Shown: piece by piece, positions 10,731 through 24,830 of the stretch
Layout of the letters: each line of letters opens with the position of its first letter
Numbering within the stretch: position 1 is the first letter of the stretch
Assembly (NCBI RefSeq): GCF_001194135.2
Contig: NC_068982.1
Coordinates: forward strand, 117,183,888 to 117,247,887
Direction of reading: 5' to 3'
Source of the DNA: Octopus bimaculoides
Lineage: Eukaryota
DNA: 64,000 nt
Made by a program: the position numbers and the translations under genes
The notes under the pieces: model-generated
The model's input: only the letters and a program-made list of their open reading frames with translations
Told to the model about the DNA's origin: nothing
Databases searched by the model: none

Positions 10731-11649
10731 TGTATATATATATATTTGTGTGTATGTGCATGTTTGCGTGCGTGTGTATGCGTGTGCGTATGTATGAGTA
10801 TGGTTCGTCTAGGCGATAATTTAGTAACTGCTTTCTTAGAACAGAGACGGAAGGTATTTATAGTTTTTTGTTTAATTTAGGAGTCGAGTTATTTAAGTTA
10901 TCATGTATGTTAGCGAATTCTGAAACCTTATGCCCAATCTTCATTTTCAGAATAATCTTCACCTTTTAGCTGCTAACTTTCTGCAGAGATTAAATTATAA
11001 CCGCGTTTTACGTTGTTGCTACATTTCGGAATTTGTTCTTTATTGCTTTACACACTATCATCTAAATTCAGAATTCATCTAAAAGGAGACTATCCCACTT
11101 ATTCTCGCATATCCATTGACCATTTATATGAATGTCTCGCCTACATTTGTCTTCTCACCTTGTATAAACATACATTTAATACGTTTAACATGGCTAGCCC
11201 AATTGTCCACAATACATTCTACATCCACCCAACGTCTTATTTTTCGTGCTGAAATATTATTTCATCAAACTATCATGTCACTAAAAAACCTCGCCTAAGA
11301 GTTTCAGTAGAGATCATTAATTCTTTATTATTGCCTTTAGGCATATGTTGGCTTACTCTAAATTGTCCTTAATTCGTATCATTAAGAAAAGTTTGGAGGA
11401 CCTGAGAATTTTTGTGTAGTAATTGCCTAAATTTTGCTAGTAATTATTTTATCTACCTTAAACAAAGAACTGTTACACTAGCAGAATTTGAATTGAGGAC
11501 GAAAACCTAGGTAGCAAATAAACATACCGTGTGTTGTTAATCTCCTACAGTTTTTAAAACTCTATCTCTGGGAGAAAAGATATTGCCGGTTTCAAATTTT
11601 TGTGGAGCATTAGAAATAAGTTACATTAATCGATTTCTGAAGTTGTTTT

Positions 11650-11875
11650 AGGGAGGCTGTCGGATTCATGGTAGTAAGAACGTGGTTTCGATTGCTGAAC
11701 CCTGCGACGCATTCTGTTCTTGAGAAAAAAAACACTTAATTTCCGGTTGCTCCAATCCATTCTGATGGCAAAACGGCATTATCCTGCAATGGAGTAGGTT
11801 CCCGTACAGGTGGGGAATATATAGCCATGGAAAATGGCCCTATGAGTCTATGTGACTCGGAAAGGAAATTCACTA
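11650..11875 (+). mobile_element. Degraded tRNA-derived SINE (different family)
   Basis: B-box-like GGTTTCGATTGC followed by a TGTTCTTGAG...ACACTT central block typical of conserved-domain SINEs. Confidence 0.5.
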
Positions 11876-14328
11876 AAGTTGTTTTAGAAAATAATTATAT
11901 TATTTATCTGAGATGGGCACATAGTTAGATTTCGAACTCACTACGCCAGAAGGAAATGCATTACCATTCGTACATCTGTCACTGCGTCTGTTGATTCTAT
12001 CATTCCGAAGACTTACGTATTAAATCATAATCATTGTTATATTGGAGGAAAGGGATACATTTTGATAAAGAAATGTAGTTGATTTATACCACTCATTTCT
12101 AGCATCTGATTACTAATTTAATGACCAAGGATTTATAAGGTAAAAAGTCGTGTTTGGCCTTCTTTGAAATCATAATATAATAGGATATACCTAAATACCG
12201 ATTCAGGTAGTTATTCTTTTGCTTTACAATTAATGTAACAGTGTTACTCCAGAAAAATATTATACATGTACACAACAATATTATGAAAATATACCACGAG
12301 CAATTACTTTGAAAAACCTAACAGGGAGCTAAAAAGTTTTTGATTTCAGGCTATGAAGTTTGTAATCTAAACATTCGTTTTATGTGTATATTTGCATGCC
12401 TTGGTGCATATAAAAGGAACTGAAGTAATTATTCAAGAATTTAAGCCGGAATGCGACGCAGATACAGAACTCGGCCCCAAGGTATCTAGGTGATCAGAAA
12501 TTTATCCTCTAGGGCCTTGTATCGCTCATCATTATAAAATCACAATGCTTCGTAGCGTCAGAATTATTAAAGAGTCAAAGAAACAATTGTGTGTGTCTAT
12601 GTGCATATATGCGCGTGTGAGCGTGTGAGCGTGTGTGTGTGTGTGTGTCTCTGTGTGTGTGTATGCATGTGTGTACGAGCGTGTGTGCATCTTTGTCAAT
12701 GTGTGTTTCTTCCATTCATGTATTCCGAGATATATTCCGACTGAAGATAATGCATAAAGATATGGAGTTATGGCAAAATAGCTTAGATACATTTTATCAT
12801 GATATGGAAAAATACTGAGACCATCAACACGGCTGTTGGCTTCCGTTTCATATTTTAGCAAAGCAAATGAATTCAGTGAATATACATATCTTATTCAAGC
12901 ACATAATAATGCTTTCAATGGTAACAACAACAACAACAACATTAATAATAAACAGCAGCAGGAAAAATAATANNNNNNNNNNAAAAAGAAGAGAAGTAGT
13001 ACTATACGATGAAGAGGAAAAAGAAAACGAAGACGTAAAACAAGACGAAGAAGAGGAATGAGAAAGTCAAGATGAAGTAGAAGATGCAAATATTAAGGCG
13101 GCAGTGACGAAGATGATAAATGCAAAAGATGTAGAAAGATCAACTGAAAAATATTCAGTGCAACAAGAATATATAGATAGGAAGCTGAATAATCATAAAT
13201 AGATGAATAAACAAGTTTATAAATATATAAATCAAATGATAAATATGGTGAAGAACTATATTGGTGATATAATAATAAAGATCACATTTATGTCGGCTAG
13301 TCTTAGTTGCAACAATGTGACTTCTTCGCCATTACTCAGTTTCTTCAGGTATTTCACATGCAGATTGTCGTCTTGAAAAATAATGAAAAGAAATACAACA
13401 AATCGCCAAGAGCTTATAAATAATTTACAATACTTTGATAGAGTTCAGAGGAAAGTGTTGATTGTGAAACATTTGATTTCAGGTTCTTGATCAAATTCTA
13501 AAATTTTGTCCATAGGGAATAACAAAAACATGAATGATTCACTACGATTTTATTATGCAGAAAATGTTGGGAAAAAACAAATAGCGTGTAACTGCAAACA
13601 TTGTAATTCTAAGATTTTATTGGAGTGCATTGCCAGAGACAAGCCGCTATAAAAAAGAAAAAGAACNNNNNNNNNNNNNNNNNNNNNNNNNNNNNNNNNN
13701 NNNNNNNNNNNNNNNNNNNNNNNNNNNNNNNNNNNNNNNNNNNNNNNNNNNNNNNNNNNNNNNNNNNNNNNNNNNNNNNNNNNNNNNNNNNNNNNNNNNN
13801 NNNNNNNNNNNNNNNNNNNNNNNNNNNNNNNNNNNNNNNNNNNNNNNNNNNNNNNNNNNNNNNNNNNNNNNNNNNNNNNNNNNNNNNNNNNNNNNNNNNN
13901 NNNNNNNNNNNNNNNNNNNNNNNNNNNNNNNNNNNNNNNNNNNNNNNNNNNNNNNNNNNNNNNNNNNNNNNNNNNNNNNNNNNNNNNNNNNNNNNNNNNN
14001 NNNNNNNNNNNNNNNNNNNNNNNNNNNNNNNNNNNNNNNNNNNNNNNNNNNNNNNNNNNNNNNNNNNNNNNNNNNNNNNNNNNNNNNNNNNNNNNNNNNN
14101 NNNNNNNNNNNNNNNNNNNNNNNNNNNNNNNNNNNNNNNNNNNNNNNNNNNNNNNNNNNNNNNNNNNNNNNNNNNNNNNNNNNNNNNNNNNNNNNNNNNN
14201 NNNNNNNNNNNNNNNNNNNNNNNNNNNNNNNNNNNNNNNNNNNNNNNNNNNNNNNNNNNNNNNNNNNNNNNNNNNNNNNNNNNNNNNNNNNNATGCATGG
14301 ACAGACTGAGACAGATGTACGTGTATAC

Positions 14329-14378
<50 letters not shown>

Positions 14379-14392
14379 CACAAAAACTCGCG

Positions 14393-15203
14393 TAGAGGGT
14401 GCGCATTGTTTGTTTTTGATTTTGTCGACTACACAGTATAGTAGGATCTATTGGGCACCGTCTTTGAGAAAAACAGCACTATGACACCATTTGGAAACGA
14501 TGTGCTGTACTGCATGGCATTCGCGCCAAAGCTCCAATATAAACATTTCAAAGTGTTTGGGTGTTAATCGCAGGACAGTGAAATCTGAAGACATGTACCG
14601 AGAGTAATCAAATCAAACATGCAGTCAACATCATAGCGTTTGGTACGATCACTAGTGATGGCAACGTTGTGCAGCCATTCAACTTCCCACACGTCGTCGG
14701 ACTCAACATGGAGGACTACATCAAGTGCATGAAGGCGGTAGTGCTGTCCTGAGACAAGAGAGTAACTGCTGGAAGACCCTATGTCTGGCAACAAGACACT
14801 GCAACATCTCACGCAAGCAGGGGAACCTAGTCATGGCTGTCAGACAATTTCTGCGACCACATCACAACTAACATTTTGCCACATAGCTCCCCAGACTGTA
14901 AACCCCTTGATTATTATATCTGGAGCGCAGATAAGCGAGAAACCAACAAAACTCTCTGTAACACCAAAGATAAACTGAAGGCAAGGACTTTGTCAGCGTT
15001 CAGTAACATAAACAAGGAGACTGTGCAGAGGAGCTGCAGGAGATTGCGAAGTAATTTGGAGGTTGTAGTTGAAGTCAAAGGCGATTTTATTGAATCAATT
15101 TACTCTTTAGTACTTGAAGATATTCTTATGTAATTTTGGTAAATATATCTGTTAAAATGAGACGTCAGTGTTATTTTGAGTTTATTCATCATATCGTGTG
15201 TAT
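14393..15203 (+). mobile_element. Internally deleted Tc1/mariner-superfamily (maT/DD37D-like) transposon fossil
   Basis: Pieces FGTITSDG, GRPYVWQQDTATSH and SPDCKPLDYYIW...RETNKTLCNTKDKLKAR...EVVVEVKGDFIE*. The HTH start (~14470-14580) is fused to the catalytic part. TIRs are weak. Confidence 0.8.
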
Positions 15204-16720
15204 AGGACGGAGTGTAGAGAAGTAACAGGCTTTGTGTAAAAGAAAATACAGGAGGATCAGTTAATTATAATTTTACGCACTTATTCACGCACTTATTTTA
15301 GCTATCCTTCAGGTATATTATATACAAAAACCAACTAAACAAATTTTTTCGTTTAAAATACAATTTGAACGAAGTTTAAGGTTAAAATAATAATGATATT
15401 ATTAGCACATATTTTATATTATTATTAGCACATTATTTTATAATGGATGTAGGGTTGATTATGGAATGTTTATTATTCATTTGTTATTTATTCATTTATT
15501 TGTTATTTATTGTTGGTTGATTCATTCATTTTGTTATTTATTGTTGGTTGATATATACATTCATTTATTATTATTGTTGTATTTTGACCTGAAGATTAGC
15601 TACATTTTTGAATAGAATTGATTTTTGATAGTTTTAATCGATTTTAATCGATTTAAATTTCTTTCTATTTGAAAATTGGTTATGAAACACGTGTAGTCAC
15701 TTTATTTTCTTTGTCTTATGATATTTACTTTGTATTATATTATACTTATTTATTGTGCTTTTAATTATAATTTTTTTGTATATGTGACAGTGGATTTAAT
15801 CGATTTTAATCGATTTAAATTTCTTTCTATTTGAAAATTGGTTATGAAACACGTGTAGTCACTTTATTTTCTTTGTCTTATGATATNNNNNNNNNNNNNN
15901 NNNNNNNNNNNNNNNNNNNNNNNNNNNNNNNNNNNNNNNNNNNNNNNNNNNNNNNNNNNNNNNNNNNNNNNNNNNNNNNNNNNNNNNNNNNNNNNNNNNN
16001 NNNNNNNNNNNNNNNNNNNNNNNNNNNNNNNNNNNNNNNNNNNNNNNNNNNNNNNNNNNNNNNNNNNNNNNNNNNNNNNNNNNNNNNNNNNNNNNNNNNN
16101 NNNNNNNNNNNNNNNNNNNNNNNNNNNNNNNNNNNNNNNNNNNNNNNNNNNNNNNNNNNNNNNNNNNNNNNNNNNNNNNNNNNNNNNNNNNNNNNNNNNN
16201 NNNNNNNNNNNNNNNNNNNNNNNNNNNNNNNNNNNNNNNNNNNNNNNNNNNNNNNNNNNNNNNNNNNNNNNNNNNNNNNNNNNNNNNNNNNNNNNNNNNN
16301 NNNNNNNNNNNNNNNNNNNNNNNNNNNNNNNNNNNNNNNNNNNNNNNNNNNNNNNNNNNNNNNNNNNNNNNNNNNNNNNNNNNNNNNNNNNNNNNNNNNN
16401 NNNNNNNNNNNNNNNNNNNNNNNNNNNNNNNNNNNNNNNNNNNNNNNNNNNNNNNNNNNNNNNNNNNNNNNNNNNNNNNNNNNNNNNNNNNNNNNNNNNN
16501 NNNNNNNNNNNNNNNNNNNNNNNNNNNNNNNNNNNNNNNNNNNNNNNNNNNNNNNNNNNNNNNNNNNNNNNNNNNNNNNNNNNNNNNNNNNNNNNNNNNN
16601 NNNNNNNNNNNNNNNNNNNNNNNNNNNNNNNNNNNNNNNNNNNNNNNNNNNNNNNNNNNNNNNNNNNNNNNNNNNNNNNNNNNNNNNNNNNNNNNNNNNN
16701 NNNNNATATATATATATATA

Positions 16721-16884
16721 CGATGGGCTTCTTTCAGTTTCCGTCTACCAAATCAACTCACATGGCTTTGGTCGGCCCGAGGCTATAGTAGAAGACACTT
16801 GCCCAAGGTGTCACGCAGTGGGACTGAACCCTGAACCATGTGGTTGGTAAGCAAGCTACGTATCACACAGCCACTCCTACGCCT
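16721..16884 (-). mobile_element. tRNA-derived SINE (family S2, head AGGCGTAGGAGTGGCTGTGTG)
   Basis: A-box-like GTGGCTGTGTG, B-box-like GGGTTCAGTCCC, core ACCTTGGGCAAGTGTCTTCT, ending in a (TA)n tail. A degraded relative lies near 43330-43420. Confidence 0.75.
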
Positions 16885-18076
16885 GTAAAGTAAAATATTA
16901 AAGTTCACTGTCCTGTTTGTAAACAATTGTGATTCCTCCGACTTGAAAAGTGTTAAAAATTTTGGTTGAAAATTTATTTTTACTGCTACTCGTTGGTGCT
17001 TCTGGGAAAAATATGTTGACGAAAATACATCTAGGGTCATGATGAATGTCCTACAATTGGAGCGCCATGCGTGCTAATTTGTGGACGTGTATAAATTACA
17101 TTCACGTACACACACACGCACACACATATACACTCACGCACACGATGCTTTTTATATATACAGATATACAACATATGTAGCAATCATACCACAAATTAAT
17201 CTAAATGGATCTTTTCTTCCATCCCTGTTTCAATGTGAGGCTCTTACACATTTACAATTGATGTCCATAATCTTACACACCATATTCCACACACACTCAT
17301 TCATAACAGCAATGGCATTACATTAGTGCACAGAATCGACTCACAACCATAGATATAAAATAACATCTACCAAATCTCTCATACCCCGTTATACTAGCTA
17401 AGTCGTAAAAATCAAATATAGCCAGCTATCACATTGAATAATATAAATATACAATATGCAAAGAACGGTTTAAAGTAACACACATCTCTACAGAAGTGAT
17501 ACTATCTTCTACAAGCACGTACAGGGAGAAAGATGTGATAAAACACTTTCTACCCAAAAATAATCAGAAGACCTATATCATCCACACTCACAGAATAAAA
17601 AATACATAGGTATTTAATACACGTTGTATATTAGAATCTTCATTGAACTGAACCTCTTTCTTGGGAACTGAAACTGATCGCTACAAACTGCAGTCGTGTG
17701 TTAAATCCAGAAGTAAGTACAATTTATACCACATGCTGCAGACAAACACAGCATTAAGCCATATATACAACGAGAGGAAAATACCTAAAATGAAAGATGA
17801 TCCAAAACGCTTCGTTTCATTGTCGGTTCGGTCTCAAAGAATGTAATATACCCATAGCATTTGTATATTCCGAAATAAGTAAGGTCGGCATAATTAATAT
17901 CTTGATCGCATGTCGATGGCAGCGTGAAAAGTCATAACCAATGACATTAAATTAAAATTCCATTAGCAGTTTCAGCAAGGTAAAGATTAAAGAAGACACT
18001 GATAAGAACATCAGCTTAACATTCGTTCTAATAGGAAAGGGATTTGAGAGTTTTCTCTTTTTGAGTAGCTGTCCTT

Positions 18077-18900
18077 TTAATGAGGTGAGTTGACAAATAT
18101 TAAGAAGCGAGGTAGGTGTCCCAAGCATTCATAAACCTCCCCCATATTGCCGTGCTTTTCTGGATCGTAAACCTTTACAAAATCACAAGAAATTGTATAC
18201 GCCAAAGACGTTGCTTTAAATAATATTTTGGATCTGTTGCTCAGAAAAAAATCACACAAATCCTTCCAGGAGCTGGTCTAAATCTACATTGACTTTCTGG
18301 AAGAACTCGCTTTCAATAGGAATATTCTGTCAATAAGAATGTTTGTCAATATTTTTCTTGTAATAAAAGATGAGAGATGCGGGGTTAGTTTTCTCCATAT
18401 ATGTTCCCCCTAATCTGCAAGTATGTGAAGGGGAAAACGAATCCTTGTAAGAAGAATTTGAGTTCCGCATTTGACAAATTTCGCTGGAATTTTATACATG
18501 CATGGGGATATGCTGATTGTTATTAACATCCGCCATATGATCATCACAATTATCACTTGAACCATTTCTTTAGAGGTAATCAGTTAAAGTGCTTGCAGTG
18601 AAAATTGAATACCCAAGGGTAGAGGAAACATTTGGTGTAGGACGTGTAGGACATTATCAGTGCCCGCATGTGATGCATTTGGACGATGATTAAGGATTAA
18701 GGATGCTTTGGAAATGTCCTTGTTAACATCTAACGTAGCATGTTTTTCTTTGAATTTAGATTTCAGTTCACTGACTTACTTGACTGCGTTCGACTTTTGT
18801 GGGCTCAAATACATTTCAAATAAATTTGATGAAATTTCTAGATTGGTTTTTCTATGCATAGTCACGTATTCTTTCATTTTACATATTTCTAAGTGTTTTC
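18077..18900 (-). mobile_element. Degraded RTE-clade LINE reverse transcriptase fragment
   Basis: Minus strand reads ISLL-ITRKILTNIL...FLPESQCRFRP...FVKVYDPEK...LGHLPRFL with frameshifts, resembling the RTE YRGISLL...LPESQCGFR...DLTKAFD region. Confidence 0.7.
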
Positions 18901-19854
18901 GTTTTTTTGCAAGGAATATGCGGAGGCAAGGCAAATGAACTTTTACTGGAACTGGGGCGTTATTTTACACTAAAATATCAAATGAGAAAAAAAGAGAACT
19001 ACATGGTTTAATCCCTATACAAAGTAGTGGCATCTAATTTATTTTTGCCATCCCATGGAGATGATATGCACAACAGATGTGTACCTCACCAGATCAACAC
19101 TTGCTTTTGATGGCTGTTAGACCGATCCCAAATTGATAATAACGGAATTAAAAATTAAAACAGAGCGATTATTCGATACCAGAATAGAGTTGAGAGAAAG
19201 AATTTAAATGCTAAATTCCTTTAAAATCCCAATAGTAGCAACAATTATCATACCAATATCGGCAATAATCTTGGTAATCAAGAGTTTGTAGGATATCGAT
19301 TGAAGAAGAGAAGAGAAGTATTGAATTAACGGTATTTGATGGTTTACAGGAAAAAAATCTTGGTTCGTTTCATGAAGAGAATCTTGATTTGTTAGATTAA
19401 AATGCCAGTACAACAAAAACTCCGAATGTGGAGAATCGAAAGCCACAATTAACGAAATTGACAATTCGAATTCCTATGTCAAAAACAAAACTTACCTTGA
19501 AATCGAGCCAATACAACAGCCATCGAATTCACAGTCATCTCCATCACCAATATCGTCACAATAATAACAATTAACCTTAGAATAACAGTTAACACCAGCA
19601 TATGAACTGTGACTGCAACCATCACTAGCATCCCCATGTGAACAACAACTGCACCACAATCTTAGCCACCGCTACAACAGCACTAACAATACCGAGTACA
19701 TTAACACCAACATTAACACCATCACCACTACAACCGCAATTTAATTTCCGTGGCAATAACAATAATTGCAGTAGAAAAACTCAGTACCTAAACAACAAGG
19801 ACAAATATTTTCTGCTGTTTTCCAATCGCTCTAACTATTCGACTAATGCGTTGC

Positions 19855-20007
19855 TCTGGTATCGTACCTGAATAAATGTTTCGACCCTGCAAGGATGAAA
19901 AGTAAATATGACACCGACTGGATTTGAACTCAAAACATAAAAAGCCAGAATAGATAACGTAACGCGTTTTGTCCGATTTTTTTTTTAACAATCATACCAA
20001 TCCAGCA
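19855..20007 (-). mobile_element. SINE family S1, degraded
   Basis: Reverse complement of the GAGTTCAAAT...TTTCATCC...GGGTCGA core. Confidence 0.6.
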
Positions 20008-20353
20008 GAAACAGGGAATCCAATGCGCCAAAGTTCTTCATAGAAGGAGTCTGGGTAGTGCTTAGTACCAGTTGTAGATGGTTACAATCACATGCTCAAC
20101 TTTGCAGCGTAATCTTATATCGCGTTAAAAATGTGTTTTAAATGTTCAAATAACAGAGCTGCACCAGTTACGTGAATGGCAACAGCTAGATAAACCAGGA
20201 ATAGTAAGCTATAAGCTTTCTTTAACACAATTTTGATGTTGTACTATAGGTCACTATTAAACAAACTAATATATGACGCACAGTTACGGTGTACCACCAG
20301 TGGTTTTAGAAGTGTCTTGGACTATGCAATCAAATTTGTGCTTATATTTTGAT

Positions 20354-20400
20354 AAGGTGTGATTTGAGGGAGATTTTGCAGTTATTTCTCGCAGGACCAG
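20354..20400 (+). repeat. Short dispersed repeat (GGTGTGATTTGAGGGAGAT...TATTTCT.GCAGG); related copies on minus at ~47184-47238 and ~28200-28235
   Basis: Visual alignment of three copies. Confidence 0.45.
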
Positions 20401-20692
20401 TAAGTGGGATAAAACTCGCTTTATATTGTACCTTGTACAGCCTATAAAAGTTGTTTCTTTGTAACAGCTACGGTCCAGAGCTAGAAATATTTCAGCATTA
20501 CTAACGATGTTGTTTGTATTTGTACAAACATCACCCCATTAATTACAATTTATCTTTCCCAATAGAAATTTTTATGTGAATAATATGAGAGACTTTAAAA
20601 TATCATTCATAATAAATATCTCAAAATTTGCATAAAGTTGTCATTTGAAGCAGAAATCAATCATAGCGATTGCAAAAACTAACACATACACA

Positions 20693-20788
<96 letters not shown>

Positions 20789-21263
20789 ACCACTGTTTGG
20801 ATAATAGTGAAAACATGATGCATTCTAAGCAGTTTTAGTAGTTTTCAGATCTATGAAGAAATTCTAAAATGAAAATGCGAAGTTTTATCAGAGAAATTTT
20901 GGGTGAATTCGTGAGTGATATATACATTAAGGTGGAGTGAAACGGGGTTACTCATGGAATTTGATGTATAAATCATATATATATAAATTCAGAACTGCTA
21001 CTATGGCTTTGCAATATTTCACAAAGATCTATACGTCAACAAATATATATATATATATGAGAAGTATTGATATCCAGAAGGAACAATGTGGCAGGTAACG
21101 CAATGTAAGTGCTATGGAAGGTCCGTAATTAAACTCTCGGTTCGATAATGTTTCGAGTGAGGAGTCTAATGCGAGTCTTGTATGAGCCTATATATGTTAA
21201 ATAAAATGAGACAGAAAGCCCAGGCTGTGTGAAATTTTCAGAACATTAATAAAGAGAAAGTCA

Positions 21264-21311
21264 GTCTTACAGGTGTTTCTGGGACATTAGCGATATCGCT
21301 TCATCAGAGAC
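21264..21311 (-). ncRNA. Second copy of family H2 hammerhead-like motif (core intact)
   Basis: GUCU-CUGAUGA-A-GCGAUAU-CGCUA-AUGUCCC-A-GAAAC-ACCU-GUA-AGAC. It has the same 48 nt length as 10538-10585, and the flanks are also homologous (TTCT.TTTAT.AATGTTCT...CACAGC). Confidence 0.6.
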
Positions 21312-22699
21312 GATGCAAGATCGTTAAAAAAAGGGAAATATTAGAGTTCAATATGGTGCGTTATTTTGGAAAAGGAAGCAAATTAGGAGTAAATAGATAA
21401 ATAAGAGAATGAATGTAGAAATAAAAATAAAACTGTATAAAGATGTTATAGTTGCAGTTCCATTAAACAAGGAAAGTGGTGAGTAGAAGTGGTGGAAATG
21501 CTTCCTGTCCGTTATCTGTAAATTCCAATAGGAGTTCATATTTTGTCATCATAAAAGGAAAGTGGGGAGACGTAAATTCCACGTGTTGTTCATTCAAAGG
21601 GTCTAGTAATGTGAATAAAAAATTGAGAATGTAGTAATAGTATTAATGGATAGAGAGGGGAGTAGAGATGTGTATCTTAAAATGAAGAGAGAGGTCAAAG
21701 GAAAAGGTGAGAAAACAAGAAGGAAAGAAGAAAGATATAAAATAAGAGCAAGATGTTAGAATGAAATGGTGTAAGAAAGTGAGAAAAGGAGTATTAGTTG
21801 GTGGTCAAGATATTATGAGGGGGATGGCAAAGGGGTAGGGGAGAGTTGGAAGAGATAAGAATGTAAGCAATGAATATGTGTGAGGTGTACGAGGTGGGCT
21901 GATATGTTAGAATGGCATTAAGGGATGGTTACAGAAAAAGGTATAGGAGGGGGTTCTAAAGTGAGTAGTAACCCACAAAATGGACGGGAAGAATACTAAG
22001 GATGGTCAAGTTTCTATGAATTGACGTATGAGTTTATTCTACTGGCTAATTTGATAGTGTGGGTAGAGGAATCAGAGAGAAAGAAAGAAGTGTACATCGA
22101 TATACGCACGCACGCATGTTCATATATGTGTGTGTGTATGCATTATTATACAGGCCTGCGTACTTGTGTATTTAAACCCGTACGCATGCATACATATGTA
22201 CATATGTATATATATATATATATATNNNNNNNNNNNNNNNNNNNNNNNNNNNNNNNNNNNNNNNNNNNNNNNNNNNNNNNNNNNNNNNNNNNNNNNNNNN
22301 NNNNNNNNNNNNNNNNNNNNNNNNNNNNNNNNNNNNNNNNNNNNNNNNNNNNNNNNNNNNNNNNNNNNNNNNNNNNNNNNNNNNNNNNNNNNNNNNNNNN
22401 NNNNNNNNNNNNNNNNNNNNNNNNNNNNNNNATATATATATATGCACACACATGCATAGCCAAACATACATGCATATACGCATACACGTGTGAACATATA
22501 TACGGATACATGCACACGTACACAGACACACACACATACATACACAGAGGCACACTATACAGTGAAAGAAACTTAACCACCAGTCTCACTGAAAATATAT
22601 AACGGACCAACATATAGCGGGCAAACGATTGGAATTTAACATATCTCAGCTAAAAAGCCGCACACTAAGGTAATAGATATACCTGGACCATGATTACGA

Positions 22700-23211
22700 A
22701 ATCTGGCTAGCGCCTTAATTCTTGTCTAGATGTCTAGCTATACCAAAAATGAAACATTCATCTCGCCTCGTTGTAATGCCAAACCAAACGATAAAAAAGG
22801 AACATCTTTGGTTCCAAGAAAATAGGTGTTCTTCCATCAGGATAATGCTCGACCACATACAGCGAGGATGACATCCTAAATGCTGGAGCAGTTTGAATGG
22901 GAAACGATGCCTCACATACTATATTCGCCGGACATTGCCCCATATAATTATCATTTTTTCCGCAGTCTTTAAAATCATTAGGTCGGACAAATTATGAATT
23001 GTGTAGACGAAGTCAGAACAGTATTGGAAGAGTACTTTCTCTCACGGACAAGTGAATTTTGTAAGTGGGGCCTTGAAAATCTATCAGATAGATGGAAGAG
23101 CGTCGTAGAAAATGAAGAAGAGTATATTTTAGATGAAAAATAACTTAATTTTAATTTTGAAAAATACAAGATGTATAAAAAAAAGTGCATTATTTAAGGG
23201 ATGACCCAATA
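22700..23211 (+). mobile_element. mariner transposase C-terminal fossil with right TIR
   Basis: FFHQDNARPHTARMT...PHILYSPDIAPYNYHFF...RWKSVVENEEEYILD, ending ...GGGATGACCCAA|TA. Confidence 0.85.
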
Positions 23212-23249
23212 TATATAAATTTTCTTTATTATCTACATGTTTTTTTCAC

Positions 23250-23375
23250 AGCATATGACGTAGTGGTTAAGAATGTGTGCTACTAACCCCAAGATTTCGA
23301 GTTCGATTCCAAGCAGAGACCTGAACAATAACAATAATGATAATAATGATAAAAATAATAATCATAATAATAATA
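23250..23375 (+). mobile_element. 5' half (tRNA head plus (AAT)n) of a split H1 SINE
   Basis: GCATATGACGTAGTGGTTAAG...GAGTTCGATTCCAAGCAGAGACCTGAAC matches the head at 10110-10187. Confidence 0.8.
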
Positions 23376-24416
23376 ATGGCCAAATACCTTGAAACAACTA
23401 ACGATTGGATGCTAAAACTTGTTGAAAAACATGAAAGACCGAAATAACTTCACCCTATTCTGAAAGAGAGCAAAACATTCGCTACTGATCACTTAGATAC
23501 CTACCAGATTGATCAGGCTGAAGGAAATGCGCCAACTGCTGCTGCAAAGAAAATAAAATTAATTGCAAAGAGAAAAGCACATGAAAAATTAGCTAGCAGA
23601 TGGGAACACAAAACTCTGCATGGCATGTATGTGGCCCGTAGCAAACAAGCTGATGTCGACCAGAATCACACGCATCAATGGTTACGAAACTCAGGGCTAA
23701 AAGCAGAGATTGAAGGTTTCATATTAGTTGCTCAAACCAAAGCTTATTAACCCGGAACTACCAACTCAATGTGATGAAAAATGGAGCGGACCCAAAATGC
23801 CGATTCTGTAACGATAAGATTGAAATTATTGACCACCTAATCTCAGGGTAGAATATAAAGCAAGACATGACAGAGTCGGCCAGTATTTACAGTGGGCAAT
23901 ATGTTGGCATTATAAAATCGAAACCGCTGACAAATGGTATAAACACCATCCTGAAGCTGTGACTGAGGGAGATAATGCGTCGATTCTTTGGGACTTCCCC
24001 GTACATACCGACGAAACTATAAAAGCTAATAAACCGGATATTATTATAAAAGATCAGACAAAAAAAGGCTGTTTATTAATTGACCTGAGTATTCCTCGCG
24101 ATCACAATATTGCGGCGAAAGAATTTGACAAGATCAGTAAATATAAAGACTTGCTAATATAAATTGAAAAAATGTGGCATCTCAAGGCGACTACCATACC
24201 AGTGATTGTAGGATCTCTAGGAATGATAAAAAAAGGTACTGAAACCTATTTGAAAATAATACCAGGCCTACCTTCCCTACAGGAAATGCAAAAAATAGTG
24301 TTAACTGGAACGACTCATGTACTGAGAAGAGCATTATCGCTGTGAAAACAACATCCATTCATGAATTTATTTATTTATTTATTTTTTTTACATACATATT
24401 TTACCTGTGAATTTGC
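23376..24416 (+). mobile_element. R4/Dong-like LINE family B, 5'-truncated (CCHC/RLE region and 3' UTR, runs into gap)
   Basis: WEHKTLHGMY, RNSGLKAEIEGF, RHDRVGQYL, ILWDFPVHTDETIKANKPDIII...IDLSIP...KISKYKDL. The 3' UTR matches 60330-60450. Confidence 0.9.
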
Positions 24417-24830
24417 NNNNNNNNNNNNNNNNNNNNNNNNNNNNNNNNNNNNNNNNNNNNNNNNNNNNNNNNNNNNNNNNNNNNNNNNNNNNNNNNNNNN
24501 NNNNNNNNNNNNNNNNNNNNNNNNNNNNNNNNNNNNNNNNNNNNNNNNNNNNNNNNNNNNNNNNNNNNNNNNNNNNNNNNNNNNNNNNNNNNNNNNNNNN
24601 NNNNNNNNNNNNNNNNNNNNNNNNNNNNNNNNNNNNNNNNNNNNNNNNNNNNNNNNNNNNNNNNNNNNNNNNNNNNNNNNNNNNNNNNNNNNNNNNNNNN
24701 NNNNNNNNNNNNNNNNNNNNNNNNNNNNNNNNNNNNNNNNNNNNNNNNNNNNNNNNNNNNNNNNNNNNNNNNNNNNNNNNNNNNNNNNNNNNNNNNNNNN
24801 NNNNNNNNNNNNNNNNNNNNNNNNNNNNNN

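Noticed and set aside
15632-15886. ~92-bp direct repeat (15632-15724 and 15795-15886)
   Set aside because: The second copy ends exactly at an assembly gap, so it is most likely a contig-end overlap artefact.
18985-19040. KRTTWFNP peptide resembling the Penelope WFNPP motif (a possible autonomous partner for H1/H2)
   Set aside because: The match is only four residues and is flanked by stops, with no downstream GIY-YIG or other Penelope motif recognisable.
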